36,514 nt of DNA from an uncultured Candidatus Saccharibacteria bacterium (GTDB lineage Bacteria; Patescibacteriota; Minisyncoccia; Phycocordibacterales; UBA9973), in NCBI GenBank assembly GCA_964637995.1, contig CAZWXV010000005.1, positions 1 through 36,514 on the forward strand. Reading direction: 5' to 3'. The position numbers were made by a program, and so were the translations under genes. Below are positions 25,572 to 35,427 of this stretch, in pieces (position 1 is the first letter of the stretch; the number at the start of each line of letters is the position of its first letter). The notes beneath the pieces were generated by a model. That model saw nothing but the letters and a program-made list of their open reading frames with translations, did no database searches and was not told the DNA's origin.

Positions 25572-26930
25572 ATGAACAGGATTTCAGCTATTTTGGGGCG
25601 GAAATACGTTTACTGGGGACTAGGAGCCGTTATTTTGGTACTGGGCGGAATATTCTTTTTCGGTAATAATGGCGACAAGCAGGCGACCATTGTGGTTAGC
25701 CGGGCAGATTTCATCAACCAGGTTTCGGTGTCGGGCAAGGTCATCACCGCGAGCGAGGCCGACCTGGGCTTTGCGTCTTCGGGCCGCATCGGTGGCATTG
25801 GAACAAAGAGCGGGGATAGCGTAAAAGCCGGCCAACTGCTGGCCCAGCTTGAGATAGGCGACCTTTTGGCAGACCTTAAGATAAAAGAAATAAATTCCCA
25901 GAAGGGAAACACAGAAGTTGAAAGCGCATACCGCAAGCTCCTGACGGACGGTTTGGAGCTTATACCGGATTCGGCGAGCTATACCATGGATGTGCCAGAG
26001 ATTACCGGAATTTACGACGGGGCGGAAGGCACTTATAAAGTTCGCATTATCCAGAAAAACATTAGTTTGTCCGACGTTACAATTTTGACTTTTGGTTTAG
26101 AGAGGTCAGAACGCATCATAGATGAAGAAGAGCCCACTCCGCTGGGTAACCGCGGTCTCTATGTTTCTTTTCCCGACGATCCGGAGTTGTATAGGGACAC
26201 AACGTGGTATTTGGAAATTCCGAACAAAGCCAGCTCCTCATACTTGGCAAATTATAATGCGTATAATGAAGCAAAAGCGGAGTTTGAAAATGAAAAGCTC
26301 CTGACGGAAGAAAATGGCGGAGCGTCCTCGGTCGCACAGGCGGAGGTAGACAAGATCCGCGCGGAAATAAGGAAAAGCACTATTTACGCCCCGTTTGACG
26401 GCCTGGTTACCAATGTAGAAAAAGAAACGGGTGAAACAGTATCCCAAAACGAAGCCGTGGTGTCCATGATCGGCGGGGGCTTTTTCCAGATAGAGAGCTT
26501 TGTGCCCGAGGTCAACATTGCCCTGATAGAGCTTGGGCACGTTGCGGAAGTCACGCTCGATGCTTACGGCGGAAAAGAGTTTTTCTCCACTACTGTCATT
26601 TCCATCGACCCGGCGGAAACCGTCCGCGACGGAGTTTCCACGTATAAAGTAGTTCTGCAGTTCAAGGAAAAAGATTCGCGCATCAAGGCGGGCATGACAG
26701 CGAACGTTTCCATCGTAATATTCAACAAGCCGGACGCCATAGCAGTACCCGGCGGCGTAATATTCGAGAAAGACGGCAAGAATTTCATAAAGGTTAAGCG
26801 CGACAACACTGTAGAGGATCGTGAGGTAATGCTGGGAGCGGTTTCTTCGCTTGGGCAGGTGGAGATAGTTTCCGGGCTTGAGGCGGGGGAAGAAATAGTG
26901 CTTAGTCCCGACGCAACTCCGTCGGAATAA
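25572..26930 (+). CDS. membrane-fusion (MacA/HlyD-like) adaptor subunit
   Basis: N-terminal TM, lipoyl-like halves VKAGQLLAQL and IYAPFDG, GMTANV. Confidence 0.9.
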   Translation: MNRISAILGRKYVYWGLGAVILVLGGIFFFGNNGDKQATIVVSRADFINQVSVSGKVITASEADLGFASSGRIGGIGTKSGDSVKAGQLLAQLEIGDLLADLKIKEINSQKGNTEVESAYRKLLTDGLELIPDSASYTMDVPEITGIYDGAEGTYKVRIIQKNISLSDVTILTFGLERSERIIDEEEPTPLGNRGLYVSFPDDPELYRDTTWYLEIPNKASSSYLANYNAYNEAKAEFENEKLLTEENGGASSVAQAEVDKIRAEIRKSTIYAPFDGLVTNVEKETGETVSQNEAVVSMIGGGFFQIESFVPEVNIALIELGHVAEVTLDAYGGKEFFSTTVISIDPAETVRDGVSTYKVVLQFKEKDSRIKAGMTANVSIVIFNKPDAIAVPGGVIFEKDGKNFIKVKRDNTVEDREVMLGAVSSLGQVEIVSGLEAGEEIVLSPDATPSE

Positions 26931-26932
26931 TT

Positions 26933-28189
26933 ATGGTTTCTTTACTTGATATCAGAATCGGATTTTTCCTGGCCAAACGGCAGATCCGGAGATCCAGCCT
27001 TTGGACCACCATTCTCATAATTTTCGTGATGTTTTTTACCTTTCTCAACCTTGTGGTGGTGAGCGGTATTTTAGTGGGGCTCATCCAGGGCGCAATTGAT
27101 GCGGTGCGGCTCCATTACACGAGCGATGTCATCATCTCCACTCTTAACAACAAGACCTATATAGAAAACAGTCCGGAGATTATCCGCATAGTGGAAACCT
27201 TGCCGGACGTGGAGGCATATACTGCGCGGTATCTGGAAGGGGGAACACTCGAGGCAAACTATAAAACGCGTACGAACGAAAAGGAAAAGGCAAACACTGC
27301 CGCGGCTTCCGTCACCGGCATTGACCCGGTGGCCGAAGAAAGCGTGACCGGGCTTTCCAAATTCGTCGTAGAAGGCGAATATCTCGCCCCTACGGATTAC
27401 GACCAAGTGCTTTTGGGCGCATATTTGACTGCAAAGTATTTGCCGATAGATTCTCCGGGATTTTCCACCCTACGGGATGTTGCTCCCGGCACCAAGATCC
27501 GCGTGAGCGTTCACGGAGTGGAGCGGGAAGTCACTGTCAAGGGCATCATCAAAGCAAAAGTCGACGAAGTCAGTATGCGGGTTTTCATGGTGGATTCCCA
27601 GCTCAAAAGCATGATCGGCAGGAATGATTTCAATGTGGACGAGATATCCATCAAACTTAAATCCGGCGCGGACCCTGCGCTGGTGCGGGACGTTTTAAAA
27701 CAAAACGGCGTGAACGCTGTGGCCAAGGTGCAGACCTATACCGATGCCCAGCCGAAATTCATCAAAGACATGGTAGACACCTTTGCGCTGTTGGGCAACA
27801 TGCTTTCTTCCATTGGCCTCGTCGTCGCCTCCATCACTATTTTTATCGTGATTTTCATCAACGCCATCACCCGCAGAAAATTCATAGGTATTTTGAAAGG
27901 CATTGGCATAAACGAAAAGTCCATAGAGATATCCTACGTCATGCAGTCCTTCTTTTACGCGCTGTGCGGGTCGGTAATAGGCATCCTTGTACTCTATCTG
28001 TTTCTCCAGCCCTTTATCGCGGCGCATCCAATAGATTTCCCGTTTTCGGATGGCATACTGGTGGCGCCATTGGGTGGAACGCTTTTCCGCATCGGCCTCC
28101 TTATGGCGACCACTGTCATCGCCGGGTTCATACCGGCGCGCCTTATCGTGCGCAAGAATACATTGGACTCGATATTGGGCAGAAATTAA
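26933..28189 (+). CDS. MacB/FtsX-like (type VII) ABC permease
   Basis: One N-terminal TM, large extracytoplasmic domain, three C-terminal TMs, RRKFIGILKGIG. Confidence 0.9.
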   Translation: MVSLLDIRIGFFLAKRQIRRSSLWTTILIIFVMFFTFLNLVVVSGILVGLIQGAIDAVRLHYTSDVIISTLNNKTYIENSPEIIRIVETLPDVEAYTARYLEGGTLEANYKTRTNEKEKANTAAASVTGIDPVAEESVTGLSKFVVEGEYLAPTDYDQVLLGAYLTAKYLPIDSPGFSTLRDVAPGTKIRVSVHGVEREVTVKGIIKAKVDEVSMRVFMVDSQLKSMIGRNDFNVDEISIKLKSGADPALVRDVLKQNGVNAVAKVQTYTDAQPKFIKDMVDTFALLGNMLSSIGLVVASITIFIVIFINAITRRKFIGILKGIGINEKSIEISYVMQSFFYALCGSVIGILVLYLFLQPFIAAHPIDFPFSDGILVAPLGGTLFRIGLLMATTVIAGFIPARLIVRKNTLDSILGRN

Positions 28190-28199
28190 TTTATACAAC

Positions 28200-28886
28200 A
28201 TGATTGAAGTAAGAAACTTAAAAAAATCATTCAAAGACGGTGACAGTATCACCGAAGTCCTGAAGGGCATAGATTTTACGGCGAAGAGCGGGGAATTCAT
28301 CGCGATCATGGGACGCTCCGGCGCGGGTAAAAGCACTTTTCTGTACCAGATGAGCCTTCTGGACGAACCCACCGAAGGCGAAATTCTTATTGACGGCAAA
28401 GATACGCATCTCATGAGCGGGGGTGAGAAGACCTCTTTCCGCCTGTCGGAACTAGGCTATGTTTTCCAGGACTACGCGCTTCTGCCGGAAATGACCGCGC
28501 TCGAAAATGTAGCCCTACCGCTCCTAATGCAGAATCTTCCCGAAAAACAGGCATATGAGAAAGCCGCTGCGGCGCTTACGAAGATAGGGCTCGGCAAGCG
28601 GCTTGGCAACCTGCCTTCCAAGCTTTCCGGCGGGGAACAGCAAAGAGTTTCCATTGCGCGGGCCATCGCCCATGAGCCCAAAATACTTTTTGCGGATGAG
28701 CCGACGGCAAACTTGGACAACGAGTCCTCCCGCATCATCATGGAAATTTTCAAACAACTCCACAAAGGCGGGCAGACTATAGTTATGGTGACGCACGAAG
28801 AAGAATTCAGCAAGAACGCGGAGAGAGTCATACATCTGGACGACGGCAAAATCGTCCGCGAGGTCAAACAGAACCCCGGTCTTTAG
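28200..28886 (+). CDS. ABC transporter ATP-binding protein (LolD/MacB-like)
   Basis: GRSGAGKS, LSGGEQQR, ADEPTANLD, VTH; start ATG 28200. Confidence 0.95.
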   Translation: MIEVRNLKKSFKDGDSITEVLKGIDFTAKSGEFIAIMGRSGAGKSTFLYQMSLLDEPTEGEILIDGKDTHLMSGGEKTSFRLSELGYVFQDYALLPEMTALENVALPLLMQNLPEKQAYEKAAAALTKIGLGKRLGNLPSKLSGGEQQRVSIARAIAHEPKILFADEPTANLDNESSRIIMEIFKQLHKGGQTIVMVTHEEEFSKNAERVIHLDDGKIVREVKQNPGL

Positions 28887-28927
28887 ACAATTTTGTCCAT
28901 AATTGCTACAATAAGCCCATATATTTT

Positions 28928-30412
28928 ATGGCGGAAAGTAAATATTACGTAACAATCGGGCTGGAAATTCACGCTGAGTTAAAAACACAGACAAAAATGT
29001 TCTGCGCGTGCAAAAACGATCCCGACGAAAACCGGCCCAACACGAATGTTTGTCCGGTGTGCACGGCGCACCCCGGCGCTTTGCCTGTGCCCAATAAAAA
29101 AGCTATCGAAAACGTCATAAAAGTAGGATTGGCGATAGGCGGCAGCATTGCAGATTTTACAGAATTTGACCGCAAGAATTATTTTTATCCCGACATCCCC
29201 AAGGGCTACCAGATATCGCAATATAAATTTCCGATTGTCACCGGCGGGCATTTGGCGGGCATGGATGTTACGCGGGTTCACTTAGAGGAAGACACGGGAA
29301 CCAATAAACATATTGATTCCCCACAAGTCAGACTTGTGGGGAATACCCACAAGTCTGACTTGTGGGAAGAAGGATACTCGCTGATAGATTTCAATCGCGC
29401 GGGCGTGCCTTTGATGGAGCTCGTGACCGAGCCGCATACTTTCGAGAGTGCGGAAGAGGCGGCGAAAAAGGCATCGCACTTTGCCAAAGAATTCCAGCTA
29501 ATACTCTGGTATCTCGATGTATCCGAAGCGAACATGGAGAAGGGGGAGATGCGCGTGGAAGTGAACATTTCCATAACCCGTGACCCGAAAGTTTTCGGCA
29601 CGAAAGTGGAAGTGAAAAATCTGAACTCTTTCCGGAGCGTAGAGCGCGCCATCAAATACGAAGCGGAAAGGATGACGAAGCTTCTGGACGCTGGCAAAGG
29701 CGAAGAAATAGTGCAGGAGACCCGCGGCTGGGATGACAGCAAGCAAGCGACGTTTTCCCAGAGAAAAAAAGAATCCAGCCACGACTACCGGTATTTCCCC
29801 GATCCTGACCTGCCGAAAATGATGCTTCACGAAGCGTTTGATTTGGAGCAGATGAAAAAAGAATTACCGGAGTTGCCTGAAGAAAAGCGAGAGAGGTATA
29901 AAAATGAGTTTGGAATAAAAGACGAAGATATAGAAAGTTATATTAACGATTTGACTTTGGGTAAGTGGTTCGAAGAGGTGGTTCCATTATTAAAAAATAA
30001 GGATTGGATTCAAATTGCTTCAAATTATATTACCTCCGATTATCTTGGAATAAAAAAAAGCAACTCATTAGCCAAATTACCTTCCCCGAAGAATTTTGCA
30101 GAGCTTATTAATTTGGTTGCAGAAAACAGTATCTCTTCCCGAGTAGCTAAAAATATACTGGCGATTATAGTGATTCACGACGAATCTCCTGAAAAAATCG
30201 CAGCCGAGAAAAATCTTTTACAAGCTTACGACGAAGATTCATCTGTAGAATTTATTAAGAAAATTATAGAAGCAAATCCCAAAATTGTTGCTGATTACAA
30301 AGGAGGTAAAGCGAATGCCCTTATGTCTCTTGTCGGTATAATAATGAAAGAAACAGATGGAACTGCGAACCCGCAGGTCGCAAAAAAGTTATTAGAAGAA
30401 TTGCTTAAGTAA
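28928..30412 (+). CDS. gatB: Asp/Glu-tRNA amidotransferase subunit B, with in-frame palindromic insertion
   Basis: IGLEIHAEL, FDRKNYFYPDIPKGYQISQ, NRAGVPLMELVTEP, YRYFPDPDLP. Confidence 0.98.
   Translation: MAESKYYVTIGLEIHAELKTQTKMFCACKNDPDENRPNTNVCPVCTAHPGALPVPNKKAIENVIKVGLAIGGSIADFTEFDRKNYFYPDIPKGYQISQYKFPIVTGGHLAGMDVTRVHLEEDTGTNKHIDSPQVRLVGNTHKSDLWEEGYSLIDFNRAGVPLMELVTEPHTFESAEEAAKKASHFAKEFQLILWYLDVSEANMEKGEMRVEVNISITRDPKVFGTKVEVKNLNSFRSVERAIKYEAERMTKLLDAGKGEEIVQETRGWDDSKQATFSQRKKESSHDYRYFPDPDLPKMMLHEAFDLEQMKKELPELPEEKRERYKNEFGIKDEDIESYINDLTLGKWFEEVVPLLKNKDWIQIASNYITSDYLGIKKSNSLAKLPSPKNFAELINLVAENSISSRVAKNILAIIVIHDESPEKIAAEKNLLQAYDEDSSVEFIKKIIEANPKIVADYKGGKANALMSLVGIIMKETDGTANPQVAKKLLEELLK
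29320..29366. repeat. 47-bp nested palindromic element, intragenic copy in gatB
   Basis: Perfect 21-bp inverted repeat CCCACAAGTCAGACTTGTGGG-GAATA-CCCACAAGTCTGACTTGTGGG. Confidence 0.9.
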
Positions 30413-30416
30413 ATAT

Positions 30417-31289
30417 ATGAAAACTTATAGAGAATATATAAAAGAAGCAGACGAGAAAGGGATAGCTATCGGGCATTTTAATATTTCAAATCTAGAAGCC
30501 TTGCATGCTATTTATAATGCGGCAAAAAAACTAAATGTTCCGATAATTATAGGACTTTCCGAAGGAGAAGAAAAATTTGTAGGTCGTGAAGAAGGAGTTG
30601 CAATAGTTCGCGCAATTCGCGAGCGGGACAATTACCCCATCTTTTTGAATGCAGATCATCATTATAGCTTTGAGACGGTCAAGGCTTCTGTTGACGCCGG
30701 GTTCGATTCAGTTATCTTTGACGGAGCAAAATTAAGTTTTGAAGAAAATGCAAGAATTACAAAACAATGCGTTGACTACGTGAAAGAAGTGAATAAGAAA
30801 AAGGGTACAGATATTTTAGTTGAAGCGGAGATGGGTTTTATAGGCGAATCTTCGAAGATTTATGACAAACTTTCAGAAGGAATAGACGAAGCAAATATGA
30901 CAACGCCCGAAGATGCAAAAAGATTCGTTGAGGCGACAGGTATAGATTTATTTGCCCCCTACGTCGGTAATATTCATGGTATCGTCAGAACTGGGAATCC
31001 TAGGTTACATCCGGAGCGAGTTAAGGCAATTCGCGCAGCCACTGGTATTCCATTAGTGCTTCACGGAGGATCAGGTTCAATGAATGAAGATTTTACTGCT
31101 TGTATAAAAGAAGGCATTGACATTGTTCATATAAATACCGAAATTAGAGTTGCTTTCACTAAAGCTCTCAGGCAGTCGCTTCTAGATAAACCGGAAGAAA
31201 ATACTCCGTACAAATATCTCCCGCCAACGGTAGAAGCGGTGCAGGCGGTCGTCGAAAGCCGGCTTAAACTATTCAGCGGCATAAAATAA
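30417..31289 (+). CDS. fba: class II fructose-bisphosphate aldolase
   Basis: GHFN, NADHH, VEAEMG, GNIHG, LVLHGGSG, INTEIR. Confidence 0.93.
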   Translation: MKTYREYIKEADEKGIAIGHFNISNLEALHAIYNAAKKLNVPIIIGLSEGEEKFVGREEGVAIVRAIRERDNYPIFLNADHHYSFETVKASVDAGFDSVIFDGAKLSFEENARITKQCVDYVKEVNKKKGTDILVEAEMGFIGESSKIYDKLSEGIDEANMTTPEDAKRFVEATGIDLFAPYVGNIHGIVRTGNPRLHPERVKAIRAATGIPLVLHGGSGSMNEDFTACIKEGIDIVHINTEIRVAFTKALRQSLLDKPEENTPYKYLPPTVEAVQAVVESRLKLFSGIK

Positions 31290-33047
31290 GTGAAAGAGGA
31301 AATCAATAAATTTTGGAAAGGTGACCTGGACGACAGCGAGGCGACGCTCGTGCAATATTCGCGCGACGCCAGTATTTTCGAAGTGCGGCCCAAGCTTGTG
31401 CTTTTCCCTAAAGACACAGAAGACGTACAAAATCTGGTAAAGTGGGCTTCGGGCAAAGAAAATATTTCCATAACCGCCCGATGTGCCGGCACTGATATGT
31501 CCGGTGGGGCGATAGGGGAATCCATTATTTTGGATTTTACCCGCCATATGAACAAATTGGTCGGCGGCCCCTTGCCGTTAGAAGCCGGCGGAAAGAAAAA
31601 AAATAATTTTAAGCCCGGAACATACCCGTCTCTGCCTTCATATATCTCCGTCGAACCCGGCATGTTCTACCGCGATTTTGAAAAAATCACTTTGGAGAAA
31701 GACCTGATTTTGCCGTGCTATACGGCTTCCAAAAGCATAAATGCCATTGGCGGTATGTTTGGCAACAACTCCGCAGGGGAACGGACGCTCAAATACGGCA
31801 AGACCGAGGATTACATACTGAAATCCAAAGTTGTTTTTGCCGACGGGAACGTTTATGAGGTAAAGCCTCTCACGCGCGCCGAACTGGACAAAAAAATGGC
31901 GCAGGGGGATTTTGAAGGTAATATCTACAAAAGAATTTATCAGCTTATTACCGATAACGAAGAAGAGATAAAACACGCCAAGCCCGCCGTGCATAAAAAT
32001 TCCGCGGGATACTATATCTGGAACGTCCTAAAGGAAAATATTTTCGATCTGAATAAACTGCTTGTCGGATCGCAGGGGACGCTCGGCATTATGACCGAAG
32101 TCACCTTAAAACTTATTCCGGAAAATAAAAATTCCAAACTAGTCGTGATTTTTATGGACGACCTCGCGCCGTTGGGGCGCCTGGTGAAAGAGATACTCAC
32201 CCAAAATCCCGAAACGCTCGAGACTTACGACGACAAGACCATGAAGCTGGCGGTCAGGTTTTTCCCTTCCTTCCTTCGAAGCAAAGGCCTGTTTGGGATG
32301 ATAAAGTTTATGTGGAGTTTTCTGCCGGAGTTTTTCATGATGGTCAGCAATTTTTTGAAAGGCGGCGGCGGTTTTCCAAAACTTATTATGCTCGCGGAGT
32401 TTGCCGGAGAAAATGAAAAAATAGTGCATGATAAATGCGTCGCGCTTACGGAACTCATAAAAGTCTTCCAGTTAAAGACGCACATTACCAGATCCGAGGC
32501 GGAAGCGGAGAAGTATTGGGACATCCGCCGGGAAAGTTTTGCCCTCCTGCGCAAGCACGTTCGGGGCAAGCACACCGCCCCGTTTATCGATGATATTATC
32601 GTCCGCCCGGAATTTTTGCCTAAATTTCTGCCGGAACTCGACAATATATTGAAAGACTACAAAGACAAGCTTATCTATACTCTGGCTGGGCACGCGGGCG
32701 ATGGCAATTTTCACATCATACCTCTGATGGATTTCAGCCGTCCGGATATGGCAAAAATAATATTGGAATTATGCGACGGGGTTTTCGATCTGGTGATGAA
32801 ATACCAGGGTTCAATTACCGCGGAGCACAATGACGGGCTCATCCGCACCCCGTATCTCTCCGCCATGTACGGTGAAAGAATAGTCGGCATCTTCAAAAAG
32901 ATCAAAGAGATCTTCGACCCCAAAAGTATTTTCAACCCGGGCAAAAAAGTATCCGCCCCCGTGGCGGGGGCGGTGGCCTTGGCAGGCACCAAGGAATATA
33001 TAGCTTTGCATATCGCCCGGGAACACACGGCGGAGCACAAATCTTAA
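31290..33047 (+). CDS. FAD-linked oxidoreductase (GlcD/D-lactate dehydrogenase family)
   Basis: YSRDAS, AGTDMSGGA, IGGMFGNNSAG, GSQGTLG, GHAGDGNFH, AEHNDG, FDP-x2-IFNPGK; GTG start. Confidence 0.9.
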   Translation: MKEEINKFWKGDLDDSEATLVQYSRDASIFEVRPKLVLFPKDTEDVQNLVKWASGKENISITARCAGTDMSGGAIGESIILDFTRHMNKLVGGPLPLEAGGKKKNNFKPGTYPSLPSYISVEPGMFYRDFEKITLEKDLILPCYTASKSINAIGGMFGNNSAGERTLKYGKTEDYILKSKVVFADGNVYEVKPLTRAELDKKMAQGDFEGNIYKRIYQLITDNEEEIKHAKPAVHKNSAGYYIWNVLKENIFDLNKLLVGSQGTLGIMTEVTLKLIPENKNSKLVVIFMDDLAPLGRLVKEILTQNPETLETYDDKTMKLAVRFFPSFLRSKGLFGMIKFMWSFLPEFFMMVSNFLKGGGGFPKLIMLAEFAGENEKIVHDKCVALTELIKVFQLKTHITRSEAEAEKYWDIRRESFALLRKHVRGKHTAPFIDDIIVRPEFLPKFLPELDNILKDYKDKLIYTLAGHAGDGNFHIIPLMDFSRPDMAKIILELCDGVFDLVMKYQGSITAEHNDGLIRTPYLSAMYGERIVGIFKKIKEIFDPKSIFNPGKKVSAPVAGAVALAGTKEYIALHIAREHTAEHKS

Positions 33048-33084
33048 TGTTTGCAATTTAATATTTTTTGTGTATGATGTTTTT

Positions 33085-33792
33085 ATGATAGCGATTAAAG
33101 CTAAACCGAGAAACGATGGCGCCAACGCAAGTGCTCTAAGGAAATCCGGAGAAATTCCGGCTGTTTTTTACGGTGCCGGCAAGGATACCACTCATATTTC
33201 CATACCAATAATCGATTTCAAAAAAGTCTGGCATGCGGCCGGCGAATCTTCCACAGTAAAGATACAAATGCCGGAAAGAGCAATCGATGTGCTCATACAC
33301 GAAGTACAGGTTGATCCGGTTACCGGAGAGCCGATACATGCGGACTTTTTGGCTATCGACATGACCAAAAAGATCAAGGTCAAAGTGCCGCTCCAGTTTG
33401 AAGGCATATCCGAGGCGGTCAAGACCGGTATCGGTAACCTGGTGAAAGTCCTTCACGAAGTGGAAGTGGAAGCCCTGCCTGCCGACCTTCCCCACGACCT
33501 CGCTGTCGACATATCCAAACTTACGACCCTGGAAGATGTGGTCAACGTATCCGACATCAAACTGCCGAAGGGAGTTGTCGCTATTACGGCAGGGACTGAC
33601 GTGGTCGCTTCTATCGTCGCTCAGGTTGAAGAGAAGGAAGAAGTCCCGGAGCCGGCAGATCTCTCCGCAATTGAAGTTGAAAAGAAAGGTAAGAAAGAAG
33701 AGGAAGGAGAAGCGGGCGGAGAAGCGGCGCCCGCCAAGGAACCTGCCCGCCCTTCTGGAGCAGGCGGGGAAAAAGCGGAAAAACAAAAATAA
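33085..33792 (+). CDS. rplY: 50S ribosomal protein bL25/Ctc
   Basis: LRKSGEIPAVFYG, QVDPV...HADF, VKVPL; acidic tail. Confidence 0.95.
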   Translation: MIAIKAKPRNDGANASALRKSGEIPAVFYGAGKDTTHISIPIIDFKKVWHAAGESSTVKIQMPERAIDVLIHEVQVDPVTGEPIHADFLAIDMTKKIKVKVPLQFEGISEAVKTGIGNLVKVLHEVEVEALPADLPHDLAVDISKLTTLEDVVNVSDIKLPKGVVAITAGTDVVASIVAQVEEKEEVPEPADLSAIEVEKKGKKEEEGEAGGEAAPAKEPARPSGAGGEKAEKQK

Positions 33793-33811
33793 ATATGATA
33801 CAATAAAAACT

Positions 33812-35179
33812 ATGGTAAAAAAGGCCATAGTTTTTGTTTTGATTGCTTTTATATTTGCACCGTTTCTTTCCGCTAAACCCACGGCCGCTTTTGACTGTTT
33901 GCAATTGACGAGTTCCTCCAGCCAGTCCGACAAGGATTATTGCAAAAAAGAATTGAACGAGATTGAAGCCCAACTTCGGGAGCTTTTGGAAAAACAGAAA
34001 GCGCAGCAAAAACAAACCGGCACGCTCAAGGGCGACGTGGCTTATCTCCAGAGCCAGATCGATGCTCTCCGAGCTAAAATAAAATCCCGGGCTCTGATAA
34101 TTTCTCAGCTCAAGGTGGACATTGCGGAGAAAAATACGGAGATTAAGTCTCTCTCCCGGAAAATCGAACGGGAGCATGAATCCTTGGCGCAGCTCCTCCG
34201 GAATACCAATGAGTTTGACAGTGAGACCATAATCCACCTGGTATTGTCCGACGAAAGCCTGTCCAATTTTTACAGTGACCTGGAATCTTACTCCTCCATC
34301 AAACGGGCGGTGAAAGAATCTGTTGATAATATTCGCGGTATCAAGACCGATACCGAGGAGGCCAAGGTGGACCTGGAGAAAAAGCATGACGCAGAAACAG
34401 ACGCCAAGGCCGAGCTCGAAAGCGCCCAGAAAAAAGTAGCTGTGTCCGAGGCGGAAAAGAAAAAACTTTTGGCAATATCGCAAGATACCGAGGTCGCTTA
34501 TCAGCAGCTGGCCGCAGAGAAAAAAGCCAGAGCTGATAAAATACGGGCTGCGTTATTCCCCTTGGCGAACACCACTAGCAAGATCGATTTCGGAACCGCT
34601 CTTGCGTATGCAAAAGAGGCGCAGCAGAAAACGGGCATCGACCCTGCGTTCCTGCTGGCAGTGCTGACTCAGGAATCCAACTTGGGCTCCAACGTCGGGC
34701 AATGCTACCTGACCAACCAGGCCACCGGCGCGGGAGCGGGCAAGAACACCGGCACGGCCTTTGCCAATGTTATGAAGCCGATGGGCATGCCGGGCCGCAA
34801 AGGGGATGTGGAAGATTTCCTGCGCATAACTGGGAAGCTCGGCCTGGTATGGAACCAGACGCCGGTGTCTTGCCCGATTGCCGGAGTGGCGGGTTATGGC
34901 GGAGCCATGGGGCCTGCGCAATTCATACCTACTACATGGACCATATTCGAGAATCGCCTGAAAAACACACTGGGTTACGATGCGAGTCCATGGGCGCCCA
35001 AAGATGCGTTTTTTGCTTCCGCCATGTATCTGACCGACCTGGGCGCCGTAGGAACCTCTGCAGCTGCCCAAATGAAGGCGGCCTGCAGATATTACGGAAC
35101 GGGCGGGGCATCCTGCTCCTACAGCAATGGTGTAATGAACCATAAGGCGAAAATTCAGGCGAATATAGATTTGCTTTAA
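33812..35179 (+). CDS. secreted coiled-coil protein with C-terminal lytic transglycosylase (SLT/MltB-like) domain
   Basis: Signal peptide, PcsB/CwlO-like coiled coil, LTQESNLG catalytic Glu, GAMGPAQFIPTTW. Confidence 0.85.
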   Translation: MVKKAIVFVLIAFIFAPFLSAKPTAAFDCLQLTSSSSQSDKDYCKKELNEIEAQLRELLEKQKAQQKQTGTLKGDVAYLQSQIDALRAKIKSRALIISQLKVDIAEKNTEIKSLSRKIEREHESLAQLLRNTNEFDSETIIHLVLSDESLSNFYSDLESYSSIKRAVKESVDNIRGIKTDTEEAKVDLEKKHDAETDAKAELESAQKKVAVSEAEKKKLLAISQDTEVAYQQLAAEKKARADKIRAALFPLANTTSKIDFGTALAYAKEAQQKTGIDPAFLLAVLTQESNLGSNVGQCYLTNQATGAGAGKNTGTAFANVMKPMGMPGRKGDVEDFLRITGKLGLVWNQTPVSCPIAGVAGYGGAMGPAQFIPTTWTIFENRLKNTLGYDASPWAPKDAFFASAMYLTDLGAVGTSAAAQMKAACRYYGTGGASCSYSNGVMNHKAKIQANIDLL

Positions 35180-35208
35180 TAAAAAAATGTGTTAATATCA
35201 CTTTTGCA

Positions 35209-35427
35209 ATGAAAAAAGACGTACACCCAAAATATGACCTGAAAGCGAAAGCTTCCTGCGCCTGCGGAGCGGTTTTTCTGGTTGGTTCCACAATGACCGA
35301 AATCCAAATGGAAATCTGCAGCCAATGCCATCCTTTCTACACGGGTAACGAGAAGATAATGGATACCGCCGGCCGCGTGGAGCGCTTCAAAAAGCGTGCC
35401 GCCGCCTCCGCTAAAGTCAAAAAATAA
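35209..35427 (+). CDS. rpmE: 50S ribosomal protein bL31 (Zn-binding type)
   Basis: MKKDVHPKY, CACG, CSQCHPFYTG, GRVERF. Confidence 0.98.
   Translation: MKKDVHPKYDLKAKASCACGAVFLVGSTMTEIQMEICSQCHPFYTGNEKIMDTAGRVERFKKRAAASAKVKK

Noticed and set aside
31560-31640. Apparent insertion GGPLPLEAGGKKKNNFKPGTYPSLP in the FAD oxidoreductase
   Set aside because: No clear palindrome or match to the other repeats; may be an ordinary variable loop
33136-34483. Minus-strand ORFs of 265 and 290 aa, and the 33536 extension
   Set aside because: Shadows of rplY and the coiled-coil gene; the signal peptide supports a start at 33812
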